Shown here: piece by piece, positions 27,020 through 41,300 of the stretch
Numbering within the stretch: the stretch's first letter is position 1
Layout: each line of letters starts with the position of its first letter
Source of the DNA: Eledone cirrhosa
Taxonomy: Eukaryota
Assembly (NCBI GenBank): GCA_964016885.1
Contig: OZ024743.1
Span: 72,540,001-72,604,000 of the forward strand
Direction: 5' to 3'
Length of the DNA stretch: 64,000 nt
Notes under the pieces: model-generated
Seen by the model: the letters and a program-made list of their open reading frames with translations, nothing else
The model's database searches: none
What the model was told of the DNA's origin: nothing
Made by a program: the position numbers and the translations under genes

Positions 27020-27202
27020 AATAGTTGTTTGTACATTTGGCACAAGGCCAGCAAAAACCCAGTGCATTGCTGGTACTTTATTTTATCGACCCCGTATGGA
27101 TGAAAGGTAAAGTTAACCTCGGCGGGATTTAACTCAGAATGGAAAGGGTCCTAACTCTATGCGTAAAAGCATGGTATCCGACACTCTATCGATACTGCCA
27201 AA
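27020..27202 (-). mobile_element. SINE S1
   Basis: Reverse complement of the S1 consensus. Confidence 0.85.
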
Positions 27203-27996
27203 TGCAAGATGGAGAGAACGAAACAGACGTAGGCAGTGACAATGGCAATGTTATTCCATTATGTTCAGACCTCATATATATGTATATATTTATGCTAAAA
27301 CCATAAATTAAATTGATCACAGATCTCGATAGACAGTTATTTACCAACTCCGAAACAGTAAAATGTTTTTCGACAATGAGGGTAAATGATAAAACGACGT
27401 AGTCAAAATTTAATGTATGTTGCATCTAATTGTTTCTTTTATGTACATTTGACTGGTGTGATTTCCACTAAGAAGTTGAATGTAGCTAGACATATATATA
27501 CATATTGCATTTAGGCATAGCGGATTTCATCATTCGTAGCGTTTTTCTAATTTGAAAACGACATAGTGTGTTTCCAGTTATAATGTATTGCTAAATCTAA
27601 GTAGTCGATAGACGGAGGCCATCCTCTTTGACTTAAGTGAGGAAGCCTTATCTAATGAAATAAGGTTAAGGATATATATTGAAGAAATATATTATCAAAT
27701 AACATTGCAAAACACAACAAAAAGGCAATATAAACATTAAAAACAAAAATTGCTGCACATAAAATCATCTATAGAAAAACATAATGGGGTTTGAAATAAT
27801 CCCAAAATATTACCAAAAATATGTAAAATGTAGAATTGTTTAGAATAAGAATATTTCAAAATATATTATGTATAAGAATCAAACATCGGGTTTCTTGAAA
27901 AGAGGATTCTATTTCTTAGTATAAGCATATGCTTTTATTATTTCACTGCGGCTATAGGAGGATTTACCTACATTTAGTCAAAATCATTGCCCATAG

Positions 27997-28190
27997 TAAT
28001 AATTGTTTCTACTTTTGGCATAAGGCCAGCAATTATACCAGTGTATTACTGGTACTTTATTTTATCGACCCCGTACGGATGAAAGGCAAAGTTGACCTCG
28101 GCGAGATTTGAACTCAGATCATAAAGGGACATAACTATGCTAGAAAGCATGGCGTCTGAGCCTCTATCGATACTGCCAATTCACCGTCCT
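27997..28190 (-). mobile_element. SINE S1
   Basis: Reverse complement of the S1 consensus with (AAT) tail. Confidence 0.85.
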
Positions 28191-29646
28191 AGTAATAATA
28201 TTTTCAAATATGGTACTAATTTTATCGGTTCTGCTATTGTCCAACCACTAGGTTACTATATATAAACACTGCAATTTCCGCCTGACAAATGCCACATACA
28301 AAACATTGGTTGATCTAAGTCTAAACAAGAAAACATTCATTACCAAAGGTGTCACGCAGCGGGATTGAACCCACACAGCTCTCCTGCAGGCTTGATGTAG
28401 CGTCCTTCCATAAAAAATTTAGTTTACCTGGAGAGTGTATTATTTCATCGCGAAGCAATATCTATAAATTTGTTGGTTGTTGGTTTTTATATTTCTATCA
28501 AGAGCTTGGATTTTTAGAAAAACTGTTTTCTGATGTGGAAAGTCTATGTGCCAGATAGAAATGATCTCCTCAGACTCCAATCATTCAAACAAAATCAATT
28601 TTTAGCTCAGTAAACTGAAAAAGAGACAACATTATGTTTTTGAAGAAAGTATATTCATATTAAGAGAAAATAAATAAAAAATTAACTTACACGAAATATA
28701 ATTTCAAACTATTGTAACTATACAATGAAATGAGTGCTCTGATTAAATGTAACGTGTGATTTCTCCGCGCGTGTGTGTATTGAGTGGAGGGAGGAAACGT
28801 GGCTAAACACCATTTTTTCCTTTTTGTTAAAATATGTCATTTTTATTATATTTGTGTATCATAAAATCATGAAATTGTTTCATGCAATTGAAATAATTGT
28901 AATGTTTTAACATTTTATATAATGTCTGCACAACATGTTCACGTTTATATATAAATTTCGAAGCCACTTTTTATGCTCTTTATATATTTATTAATTATGT
29001 GACCATCGTAGAGATATATGCTTACTCAACAGTGTAGTTTCTAAATATTTATAATCAGTGAGTCTGAGGTTCGGCGGCTCCTCAGGTAGAAATTACCGGT
29101 AATGCAAAAGTCCATCCAACCTTTTCCCACAATCTGTAAATTCGAATTCCCATCAGAAACATGTTATGGACACGTGTGCATATGTTCGGCTCATTCACAT
29201 AAATCTAAACTATAATAAAGTAAGGACTGCGGGACAGCGTCCAGAATATATTCTTTTATCCCGTTTGTAAAATAAGTTAGATTACTTTGAATAATGAATG
29301 AATATTAAATAATTTATCTACTAAATTTCGTTATTCTTGATTAAATATGAATAATTTTGTTGCTTATTTTAAGATTCGCTTCTTTAAAAGTTTCAAACGT
29401 CAACACTTCCGATTAGCGATCGCTTAAATAAACATTCATATATTTCCGTCACTAATTTTCTCCTAATGTAGTTTATATATAATATCGTCTTTTTTTAATG
29501 TTTCATAGATTACGTTACTGATTACATAAGAGAGTCTAACACAGTCGTCGTTCAATTTCTGTGTATATTGTCAATTAAGATTTTATTTGATGTATCATAT
29601 CTACATGTATATATACTTGCGTATAATATCAATATCACTACACATG

Positions 29647-29685
29647 CTAGCAGAAAAACCACCCGAAGGGTGGTTTTTCTGCTAG
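29647..29685. repeat. Perfect 18-bp-stem hairpin bounded by CTAG
   Basis: ctagcagaaaaaccaccc-gaa-gggtggtttttctgctag. Confidence 0.9.
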
Positions 29686-30354
29686 TGTTAGTTTAATGAT
29701 CTGTCTGTCTTGTTGACTGAACAGCTGGAACAGACATCTTCGAAACTGACTGTCATCCATTCAATTCTAAATATTTAATAGATTGTTATGATCAACAAAT
29801 TTTATTCAAATTTTTAATTATATAATTTTTTCGAATGGGTTTCATTAAACTCGAATGAATTTACAATTCCTTCTTAGCAAATTATATAATTACTACATCA
29901 AGTAGAAAAGGAGATATGCCCTTATTTAATGATTCTATAATAGCTATCCATTGCAAGCTTTAATATTTCACACATTTTTCATAGTTTATATTGTTTTCAT
30001 TCAACTCTAGAAGACATTAATTAATCCCCTTTAAATACGAGTATTTAAAATAAATTACGTGTGACATTAATTGGCAACTATTTATAAATTGCCTGCTTAA
30101 TTCCAACAGGGAATGAAGAAAATGTTTCGAAATGTGTTGGCTGTAAAATCTGTGATGAAACTAACACCTGGCTGCACTTAATATAATGACAGTATGACAT
30201 TGTGACACTTAATATAATGACATTGGCCCTATGTAAGCAAAGTTCGTGACTTCGTAAATATCCTCAAGCATTTAAGTAGTTAAAATCTTATACAAAATTT
30301 GAGTTCAGCGAGATTTTATGTATATATTTATATGCTCTACACGTGACATATCAA

Positions 30355-30570
30355 TTATTTTTTGCGTAGCTACGGCAAGTAATTTGGGAGAAGGGGAAAT
30401 TCAATTAAATCGACCACATTATGCCACTGACACTTATTTTATCGATCCTGAAAGATTGAAGGGAAAAGCCGGACTCGGGAGGATACCAACCCAGAACGCA
30501 ATGGGACGTATCTAAACGCTAGAAAACATTTTTTTCCGACGTTCTATTAAATACACTAATCCAAGGCCCT
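30355..30570 (-). mobile_element. Old, diverged S1-related SINE
   Basis: cttattttatcgatcctgaaagattgaagggaaaagc central domain. Confidence 0.6.
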
Positions 30571-30652
30571 TACGGGGATAGATATGAAGACATATTTGAA
30601 ATAGAATTTGTTGGCACATCATATTATTTATTGCACCACTTATAGTTAGGAA

Positions 30653-30812
30653 CATCGCCATGCTTTGACGCATAGAGTTACGGCCCTTTGCATTCTGAGT
30701 TCAAATCCCGCCGAGGTTAACTTTGCCTTTCATCCTTATGGGGTCGATAAAATAAAGTACCAGTAATGTACTGGGTAATTGCTGGCCTTGTGCCAAAAGT
30801 AGAAACAATTAT
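30653..30812 (+). mobile_element. SINE S1, 5'-truncated
   Basis: B box, central domain, tail. Confidence 0.88.
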
Positions 30813-31036
30813 GTACAAATAAGACACAAAACAAACCTTTAAAGTTAGGAAATATTAAATCTACTAGTATATTCTGAAATAACATGTTCAAATAAAAGTA
30901 AAATTATCCTTATATGAAGTTAGAACATTAAAGTGAGTATGGACTCTGAAATTATATAATCAACGTTGATAACACTGTGCTTATTGACCTACTGTCCAAA
31001 TTATTTTGACTGGAAATTGTTAATTAGTTAATCGGG

Positions 31037-31246
31037 ATAGATTTTACGTACAAAACCAACCGGTAGCAGACCCAGGGGTAAACCCTGAACAAGATGGTTG
31101 GATAACATCCATGAGCTTGGCTGGTCTCACTTGTGGATCTACCCGGATAAGTTGGATACGGTTGCTTCTGGCAAGACCCACTGGGATGAGAGTTTGAAGA
31201 CTCTGTATTCATGACCCTCGCAGGAAGAAGAAGAAGAAGAAGAAGA
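31037..31246 (+). mobile_element. RTE-clade (Rex3/Expander-like) LINE 3' fragment with (GAA)n tail
   Basis: RPRGKP*TRWLDNIHELGWSHL..W; probable TSD agttaatc at 31026 and 31247. Confidence 0.7.
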
Positions 31247-32130
31247 AGTTAATCAGGCTTTCAAATTCTGAATGTACTGATGATACTGCTACTCTAAATA
31301 CCAACTTCATTTATTATCTGGCCTATATGACAAAACCATTGACCTGTGCTACATAAGCATTCTTACTTAAGACTATTTTTCTCCAGGGCATTTAAAATCT
31401 GAAATCTAAGGCACTCTACACAACTAAATTAGACCATTTCTAATTGTTTTCATCTCTATAATCGCATTAATGCTCTGATCTATTTGTTATTGTGTAAAAC
31501 AAGAATTCTACAAATTGGCTTCTTACATTTACTTGATTAATATTAAATGCGGCACGTTTTTTGTATGATTAATTTCCTCATATTGAAATGGCCTAATTAT
31601 AAATACTATACAACTCTAGCATATTCTAATTGAATAGTGTGTTTGGTAATTAAACCACCTTAGCTGATTATATATTTAAACGCTTTTTAAGCTACTTAAA
31701 TAACATTAGATATATTTTTCTTTCTTCATCATTTGGAGAGCATTAAAACGAATAAGAAAAGAAACGAAGAAGCATGAAGGTCTACATAGGATTTACAGCA
31801 CTCTCCTAAGGTCAAGACATATTCATAGGAAATCATCTTCAAAGTATAGCTTGCTAAAGACATTAGGAAATTAAATGACATCAACAGACAATCGATTCTT
31901 ATTCAAACGTATCGAACTGATAAAGCATACAATATTTTAATCTGTGATAGTTCGTTTTCAATTCTGTAGAATTCATGCAGAATAAATTCGCAGACATTTG
32001 TGATAAAATATCCGAAACCAATATAAAATTGCTTACAATGATTGGTTGTTAACGTAAGATAAATAGCAAAATAGAAATGCATCCCCATGTTTTGTAACCT
32101 ACTATATATGTGTGTTTGTGTGTGTGTGTA

Positions 32131-32360
32131 TTTATAAAATAACATATTGAAGTTTAAGCAAAGAAAAGCTGCCTTCACCCATGACGGGATCTTCTGAACA
32201 TTTCTGATAGTTTCAGAAGATGCCGTGAAAGCAGCGATACTTTGCTTAAACTTTAATCTGGTATTTTGATAAATATTTGCTCTACAGTTTTATATAAATT
32301 TATATATATATTATCCATATCGAGCCCTCATCAGATTTTAGTCTTCATATTTATTATTAT

Positions 32361-32365
<5 letters not shown>
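32131..32365. mobile_element. F8 mini fold-back: short hairpin plus tail
   Basis: aagtttaagcaaag...cttctgaa / ttcagaag...ctttgcttaaactt followed by the F8 tail. Confidence 0.75.
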
Positions 32366-32662
<297 letters not shown>

Positions 32663-32960
32663 TTGTGCGTGTTCAGAAAAGAATGTTTTGGTAAAAACAG
32701 AAATAATCACGAGAAACCTCTCAACAATCGTAGTTTTCAGTTACGATGGAGAATTTTATAAAAATAATAGAATAAGATGCTGAGGTTACATATATCGTTT
32801 AATCATTATAATTATTCAATGGTTCTCCATGGTATCCAGATGCCCTTCATGCATTTGGTGTTGTTATGAGAACAGTATCCTCAGATGAATAACCGATATG
32901 TGTGATATATCACTGGCAGGAAACAAACACATGTTCTATGTCTTGTGTTCCCAACAGTCA

Positions 32961-33011
<51 letters not shown>

Positions 33012-33016
<5 letters not shown>

Positions 33017-33104
33017 CTTGTTCCTATTACCCACTCTACTACACTAAGTATTGAGTACTTTGGTGCGTTATGGTCCACCTGGTCCCTTACCACATTTCCT
33101 TCGT

Positions 33105-33106
<2 letters not shown>
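33012..33106 (+). mobile_element. Tail-only copy of hairpin family H
   Basis: tacccactctactacactaagtattgagtac...ccttcgttat, as 37260-37340. Confidence 0.75.
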
Positions 33107-33137
<31 letters not shown>

Positions 33138-33169
33138 AGATCAAAAGATGGTTAAAGGAGTTCCATGTA

Positions 33170-33236
33170 TTTTATTATGCGCATTTCAAAAACAAACATC
33201 ATCATGCAATAATATTTGTGTTTTCATCAGATAAAA
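33170..33236 (-). ncRNA. Type I hammerhead ribozyme (F5 left arm)
   Basis: ttttat-CTGATGA-stem II-GAAA-tgcgca-TA-ataaaa on the minus strand. Confidence 0.8.
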
Positions 33237-35463
33237 CATGAGAACATGATATGAAGGCTAAAAAACACTTGTGGATAGTGCAGTTTTAAATCTACATATG
33301 AAAAGTGGTTTTAGATTGATGTGTGATATTGGGAAAAATATTTTATTTAGAGAGGGGGGGTGGAAAGGATGAAAAAGGGGGAGGAGATGAGAGGGAGAGA
33401 TGGGTGATAGAGAGAAAGTGATAGCTTTTATAACTGAGAGGAGATATACTGTCCCACACAGAGAGGTTGAAAACCGTTGGAAGATAATGTATAAACCCCA
33501 ACAAATTTTTGAAAATCAACGAAAGGAGGATATGTGCGAGGAAAAAGTATTTTATTTAAGGAGGGGGGCTGGAAAGGATGAAAAAAAGGGGCAGGAGATG
33601 AGAGTGAAGGTGGAGAGGGAGAGATGGGCGATAGAGAGAAAGAGATAGTTTTTATAACTGAGAGAAAGATACATTGCCTTACACAGAGAGGTTGAGAAAC
33701 CGTTGGAAGATAATGTATAAATTAAAGGAATTTGAAAATTAACGAAGGGAATTTATGTATGAAGATAGAGAGAAGAAATAATAATTGTGGATGAATATTC
33801 TAACGTCAAAAAAAGGGTATGTTGTGGCAATTTCAAAATTAACGAAGAGAAAAATTATTAAGGTTTGTGTGTAGAAGGATTTGAGAAAAATAATGTGAAG
33901 TTAAAGTTTGTATATTGGAGGAATTGATAATATATGCGAATAGAGTTAATATGTATTAAGAATGAGTTCGTTGATGGGGAGAAAAAAAAAAAAATAAAAA
34001 AAATAAAAAAATAAATAAATAAATAAAGTAAATTAAGGATGAAATTGAGATTAAAAAGATTTATGAGAGAGAGAAAAAAATAATGATTGCGGATAAATAT
34101 TCTAACGTCAAAAAAAAACAAAAAAAAAAACAGATGTATATGTTATGAATGATTTTACAAGGTGAAGATAGAGTGAGGGTAATGAGTAAACAAGTATTAT
34201 AGAGTGTATAAAGCCCTTTAAAGTATGGTAGGAAGATGGGTATATTTTAAAGAGGTGTATGTATATGTGCCTTTGAGAAAAGATTCTAAATTGATAAAGA
34301 ATTGAATATTAACTGTATACTTTGTGAAAAGTTCTATGGAATTTATGCAGGCAGATAGAAAACAAATCTGTGCGTCTATTTATTATAGATTCTATAATAA
34401 ATATACGCACAGATTTGTTTTCTATCTGCCTGCATAAATTCCATAGAACTTTTCACAAAGTATACAGTTAATATTCAATTCTTTATCAATTTAGAATCTT
34501 TTCTCAAAGGCACATATACATACACCTCTTTAAAATATACCCATCTTCCTACCATACTTTAAAGGGCTTTATACACTCTATAATACTTGTTTACTCATTA
34601 CCCTCACTCTATCTTCACCTTGTAAAATCATTCATAACATATACATCTGTTGTTTTTTTTGTTTTTTTTTTGACGTTAGAATATTTATCCGCAATTATTT
34701 TTTTCTCTCTCTCATAAATCTTTTTAATCTCAATTTCATCCTTAATTTATTTTATTTATTTATTTATTTATTTATTTTATTTTATTTTTTTTTTTTTCTC
34801 TTCACATTATTTTTCTCAAATCCTTCTACACACAAACCTTAATAATTTTTCTCTTCGTTAATTTTGAAATTGCCACAACATACCCTTTTTTGACGTTAGA
34901 ATATTCATCCACAATTATTATTTCTTCTCTCTATCTTCATACATAAATTCCCTTCGTTAATTTTCAAATTCCTTTAATTTATACATTATCTTCCAACGGT
35001 TTCTCAACCTCTCTGTGTAAGGCAATGCATCTTTCTCTCAGTTATAAAAACTATCTCTTTCTCTCTATCGCCCATCTCTCCCTCTCCATCTTCACTCTCA
35101 TCTCCTCCCCCTTTTTTTCATCCTTTCCAGCCCCCCTCCTTAAATAAAATACTTTTTCCTCGCACATATCCTCCTTTCGTTGATTTTGAAAAATTTTTTG
35201 GGGTTTATACATTATCTTCCAACGGTTTTCAACCTCTCTGTGTGGGACAGTATATCTCCTCTCAGTTATAAAAGCTATCTCTTTCTCTCTATCACCCATC
35301 TCTCCCTCTCATCTCCTCCCCCTTTTTCATCCTTTCCCCCCCCCCCTCTCTAAATAAAATATTTTTCCCAATATCACACATCAATCTAAAACCACTTTTC
35401 ATATGTAGATTTAAAACTGCACTATCCACAAGTGTTTTTTAGCCTTCATATCATGTTCTCCTG

Positions 35464-35530
35464 TTTTATCTGATGAAAACACAAATATTATGGCATGATG
35501 ATGTTTGTTTTTGAAATGCGCATAATAAAA
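35464..35530 (+). ncRNA. Type I hammerhead ribozyme (F5 right arm)
   Basis: Stem I ttttat/ataaaa, CTGATGA, long stem II, GAAA, palindromic ATGCGCAT stem III, AUA site. Confidence 0.82.
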
Positions 35531-35653
35531 TACATGGAACTCCTTTAACCATCTTTTGATCTTATATTATGCATACTCCAGTCCTACAAACTGTAGACTG
35601 CTTCTTATCCGATATCTGCATTGCTTTATTGTACTACAATAAAACTCACCTCC

Positions 35654-35709
<56 letters not shown>

Positions 35710-35741
35710 TTTTATTTTTTTTTTTTTATTTATATATATAT

Positions 35742-36676
35742 ACTTTTGCGAGGTTTTTGATATGAAATCGTGTGTCGAAACAAATAGTGTTATATTTGGG
35801 GAGGGTCATATTTGTGTAATGTTGCCAGAATTAATAACAAAACACAATCACTGTCTGGTTGGTTTTCGATTTTCGCTTCTGTGTCTTTCATATCGGTTAG
35901 TTTAATTTATTCGGTCCTTAATGTTACCATTGACTGAGAAACGGTAAAAAATACAGATACAATATAGACACAAACACATATATATAGTCTATCAAAGTTC
36001 TTTGGTTGCACACCTGCAACATCGTCAGTGGTGTTATTGTTTCCTCCCGTTGCATTGTATTTTCTACGCCATCTTTATTTAGTCTGTTTATATATTTATT
36101 TATTTGTTGATCTTAAACAGAAAAAAAGGAATGGAATAACTAAAACACCAAACCAAACAACACTGACCTGAGAGAAGTATAAATAAACAAATAAATAGAT
36201 AAATAAATAAATACATACGTAAGCTCATTAACAAGAAACACATATAAACATAGAGACATTAACCAATACACAGTCACCCAATCACGAACACACATCAAAC
36301 AAAATACTATACACACACGCAAACCCATGCGCAAAGAAGACAAACAAAAAAAAATAAACAAATAAATAAATATATAAACAGACTAAATAAAGATGGCGTA
36401 GAAAATGCAATGCTACGGGAGGAAACAATAGCACCACTGACGATGTTGCAGATGTGCAACGAAAGAGCTTTGATAGACTATATATATGTGTTTGTGTCTA
36501 TATTGTATCTGTATTATTTGACCGTTGGTCAGTCAATGGCAACATTGAGGACCGAATAAATTAAACTAACCGATATAAAAGACACAGTGCGAAAAGCGAA
36601 AACAAACCAAACAGTGAGTGTGTTCTGTTATTAATTCTGGCAATATTACACAAATATGACCCTCCTCAAGTATAAC
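35742..36676. mobile_element. Fold-back family F6: arms ~35789-36108/36357-36676, tail on the left
   Basis: Inverted arms, hammerhead-like motif in each, (TA)n flanks; related copy at ~47790-48610. Confidence 0.8.
36431..36476 (+). ncRNA. Hammerhead-like motif (F6), stem I degenerate
   Basis: CTGACGA-t-gttgca gatg tgcaac-GAAA-gagcTT. Confidence 0.6.
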
Positions 36677-36687
36677 CATATATATAT

Positions 36688-36768
<81 letters not shown>

Positions 36769-37048
36769 ATTACAGCAGGTAATTTAGTAAAGCCTGAATT
36801 TTTTTAAATTCTTTTGATGTATTTCAAAAGGAAAGCACAATCATTCACAGGTGGCCATCTTCATTTTTATTTATATTTTTACTATGACAGGCTGAATGAG
36901 TTGGTGTGTAGAACCCCATGAAACACAAGTACCTCTTTATGTCATTGTTGTAATTATTTATACTAAACTCGTAATATGGAGTGAGTTCTCTTACCATTGG
37001 ATATTTCTAATAAAATGTTAGTACAGTCTATATATATATATATATATT

Positions 37049-37117
<69 letters not shown>

Positions 37118-37121
<4 letters not shown>

Positions 37122-37340
37122 AACGAGTAGGACGCCGACGGCTGAGCTCAAGCCGTTTCGACGGCTAATTCTGGACTAGAAAAAGTTGTTCTTTTTCTTA
37201 GTTCAGAATTAGCCGTCGAAACGGCTTGAGCTCAGCCGTCGGGGTCCTACTCGTTCCTATTACCCACTCTACTGCACTAAGTATTGAGTTCTTTGGTGCG
37301 TTATGGTCCACCTGGTTCCTTACCACATTTCCTTCGTTAT
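37118..37340 (+). mobile_element. Hairpin family H: ~140-bp hairpin plus 80-bp tail in (TA)n
   Basis: ggaacgagtaggac..gtttcgacggct / agccgtcgaaac..gtcctactcgttcc. Confidence 0.85.
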
Positions 37341-37383
37341 ATATATATATATATAGTTATGTATATATATATAAATGTGTGTG

Positions 37384-38349
<966 letters not shown>

Positions 38350-38354
<5 letters not shown>

Positions 38355-41300
38355 TAAAATAACAGATTAAAGTTTAAGCAAAGAATCGCTGCTTTCACCC
38401 TTAACGGGATCTTCTGAAACTAACAAAGTCAATCTGTAAACGCAGAACTGGATATTTCAAAAAACGTTGCAACCGGAGGAAGACAGGAAGACGATACGTT
38501 GGTTCATGGTGACGTTCGCTGGCAAAGAACGGGAAAAAACGAATAATACGTCATTAATAGGAGCGGTGAAAAACAATTACGTGCAAGGACAGAACCACGT
38601 TTATGGTATAAAAGAGGTCGTAGACTAATGTTCTCTAAGTGGTGCATAGAGACGTTCTCTGGCAATGAACCGAAAAACGAAGATAATAAGTCATATGTGG
38701 AGCGTGGAGAACAATAGCGTGCAAAGACAAAACCACGTAAATGGTATAGCAGAAGTCGTAGACTAAAATTCTAACTAGGAGACCGAATGAATCTCCGCTA
38801 CAGAGTTAAGAACAAAGTAAATAAATACAATACAGAAGTAATAGGAACAAATAAATACATACACGCAAACAGATACGTACATACACAAGCATACGCAAAA
38901 CCTTACCATAGGTATACAAAACCACGCACATATAAATATGTGTATGTGTGTATGCTTGTGTACAAATAAATAAATAATTATATAAACGTATATAAGTAAA
39001 TAAATACGTATATAACAAGCGCACACACATACCTACAAATAAATACATGAAGGTTCGGTCGGAGACGTAAGTTAACTAAAACAAGAAGTACACATATACA
39101 CACACCCACCATACGTAAGAACCTGCATACTCACGCAGACGCAAAACTCCCATATACACATAACCAAGCCCTAAATACCAGAATATGTAAAAATTATACG
39201 CCAAAACAGTCAAATATACGTACGAGAAGGTATACATACCTTCACAAAACATACGGGTAATATATACTTTCCTATGCAAATAAGTAAAGGAATTAACAAA
39301 ACATATACTTAGCTCCCACATCAAGACGTAAATATCCACGTATAGATCATGCTATCCGTTAGGGTATAACGTAGGGCTGTAATACAGGAAAGTTTTGTGC
39401 AATTTATGTTTACAAGCCGAAATTGCCTCAGATTTTTTGTTTAAGATGTGGCCCCTGGCGTAGAGTATTTCCAGGGCCTCAGCGGCGCAGAGTTCACATG
39501 GTCTTTTATTTCCGTTATACGATCTAGCCCTAGCTAGGATCTCCCAGTGTAACTTATATTGGGTGTGGTTGTCTTTTAGACTCCAGATATAAGCTGAAAG
39601 TGATGTCATATTCCTTCTTAGAGGGTAACGAAAAGAATGGGTATGCATGTAAAGACGCTGCTTGAAACTATTGGCGGTTAACACTATGTAGGCCCTACGG
39701 GACGTGGGTGTTACAACCTTACATTTGTAGACAATGTTACTAGAGAGGCATTTCCCGGATAGGGGACAATCAGCCCGATTCCTACAATTACAGTTAGTAC
39801 TAACTACAGGGTTGCACGTGTTCCTACGGCTAGGTATTTTAGCTAAATTTGAAGCTGTGATGTTATGTGCAAGGTTAGGAGTCGTTGAGTAAGAAATTTT
39901 AATAGTGTTTCTATTAAAAATTTTACTATATTTATGTGTAGGGGGAAAATGCTTCGTAATAAGGGAAAGAAAGATCTTAGCTAATGGTGTGGCCACCTCC
40001 ATATTATATGGTGGGTTAAATCAACAAATGCGACGGGATCTATTTCTTCTAGGTCTATTCTCGTACTCTGTATATGCTACCTTATCGACAAATTCACTTC
40101 GAGCAAGAGCTTCATTGTAATAAGTGGAATGGTCGTTGAGAATGCGCTCGTTGGTGGAAAGATGGGAAACCCTCAACGAAACGTTTTTTAGCAGGTTCTT
40201 CGTTATGCTGGCAGGATGGTTGGAATGCTTACTTATGTAATTAAGCGTATCATTCGGCTTTCTATACGGGTAATGCAACCCATTCAATAAATTGAGGGTA
40301 ACGTCGAGGTAATTAACGACCGAGAGATTGGCCTCAACCTGTATAGAGAGGTTGAAGCCTTTAAAGAAGGCTGTGAGTTCTTTTCTGAATCTGTCGCAAG
40401 CACGAGGTCCGCACTTAATCATGGTCAAAAGGCCATCGTCACGGTACAAACCACCGCCGCGTTGGGGAATTCGTCCTTGATAGAGAAAAGAAGGAAAAGG
40501 CCAATAAGATCAGTAACCTCCGCAGAGCCACTGGCGCCCATACTCACATCGAATGCGGTACTATTGGATTTTTTAATCCAAATAGAATCGTCGAAATTAA
40601 TCACCGACTTTCGGGCATTAAGAATGACATCAACTTCGAAATCCTTAACAACTGTGAGTGTTTTAGCGAAATTGATAGCTCTAAGGAGAAGTGGTAAAGT
40701 GATGGAGGAGTAGTAATTGTTGATGTCGAATTGGATAAAACGGCAATGTTCCTTGTTACATATGCCGTTGAACCAATCAATCACCGCGAAAGAATTGTTC
40801 CACAGTGCGAGAGGGGCCAAATTTCTAATTTCAGGTATAATTCTATCAAGAATCGTTTTACTAAGTCTACCTAAATCGGACTTCGTAGGGTTAATAAGCC
40901 TAATAGAGGGGTTGTTCGGAAAATTGGATTTGTGGTCCTTCAGGGTAAAGTGGGGAGAGATAGGGTCCAGGGGTTCGGTCCGGTCCAGGATGTTGAGATC
41001 AGATGTGATTTTAAACCCAGCATCGTTGATTTCATTGATGACACACCGATTAGTTTTACGGTAATCCTTAGTTACAGCATTATGTAGTAGTTGATGGTAA
41101 GTACTGCGCTCCACTTGATATAGGTTGCCAGTTTTGTCGGAATGGACGTGCACGGCGTTAGAATCCTTAATAGAACGAATTCTATTCTTCAGGTCTTGCT
41201 GGAAGGAATTGCCCCTATTCCGAAATTTGATACTCCGAATGAGTTCCAAGACATCATTTTCGAAGGGTAGCAATGCTGGGTTCCACGGAGGGTTATTATA

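Larger units (their letters stand above)
33130..35656. mobile_element. Penelope-like family F5, spacerless ~2.4 kb palindrome (centre ~34390) plus tail 35571-35656
   Basis: Arms are reverse complements (mirror ORFs 33400+/35051-); same family as 59374-61955, whose spacer encodes GIY-YIG; flanked by (TA)n. Confidence 0.9.

Noticed and set aside
33130-35570. Assembly or fold-back read artefact
   Set aside because: Arms differ by substitutions and a large indel, and an independent diverged copy has the same two ends; artefact unlikely, though not excluded without reads
38490-38780. CRISPR-like or regulatory direct repeat
   Set aside because: A two-unit ~140-bp tandem duplication in the F8 3' UTR, also present in the 49 kb copy; no spacers or cas genes in this eukaryotic context
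40019-40025. In-frame TGA in the F8 PLE ORF as possible selenocysteine (some Naiad PLEs encode Sec)
   Set aside because: It occupies the conserved Trp of WFNPPY (TGG>TGA), the element has a C-terminal rather than N-terminal EN, and the ORF is also frameshifted
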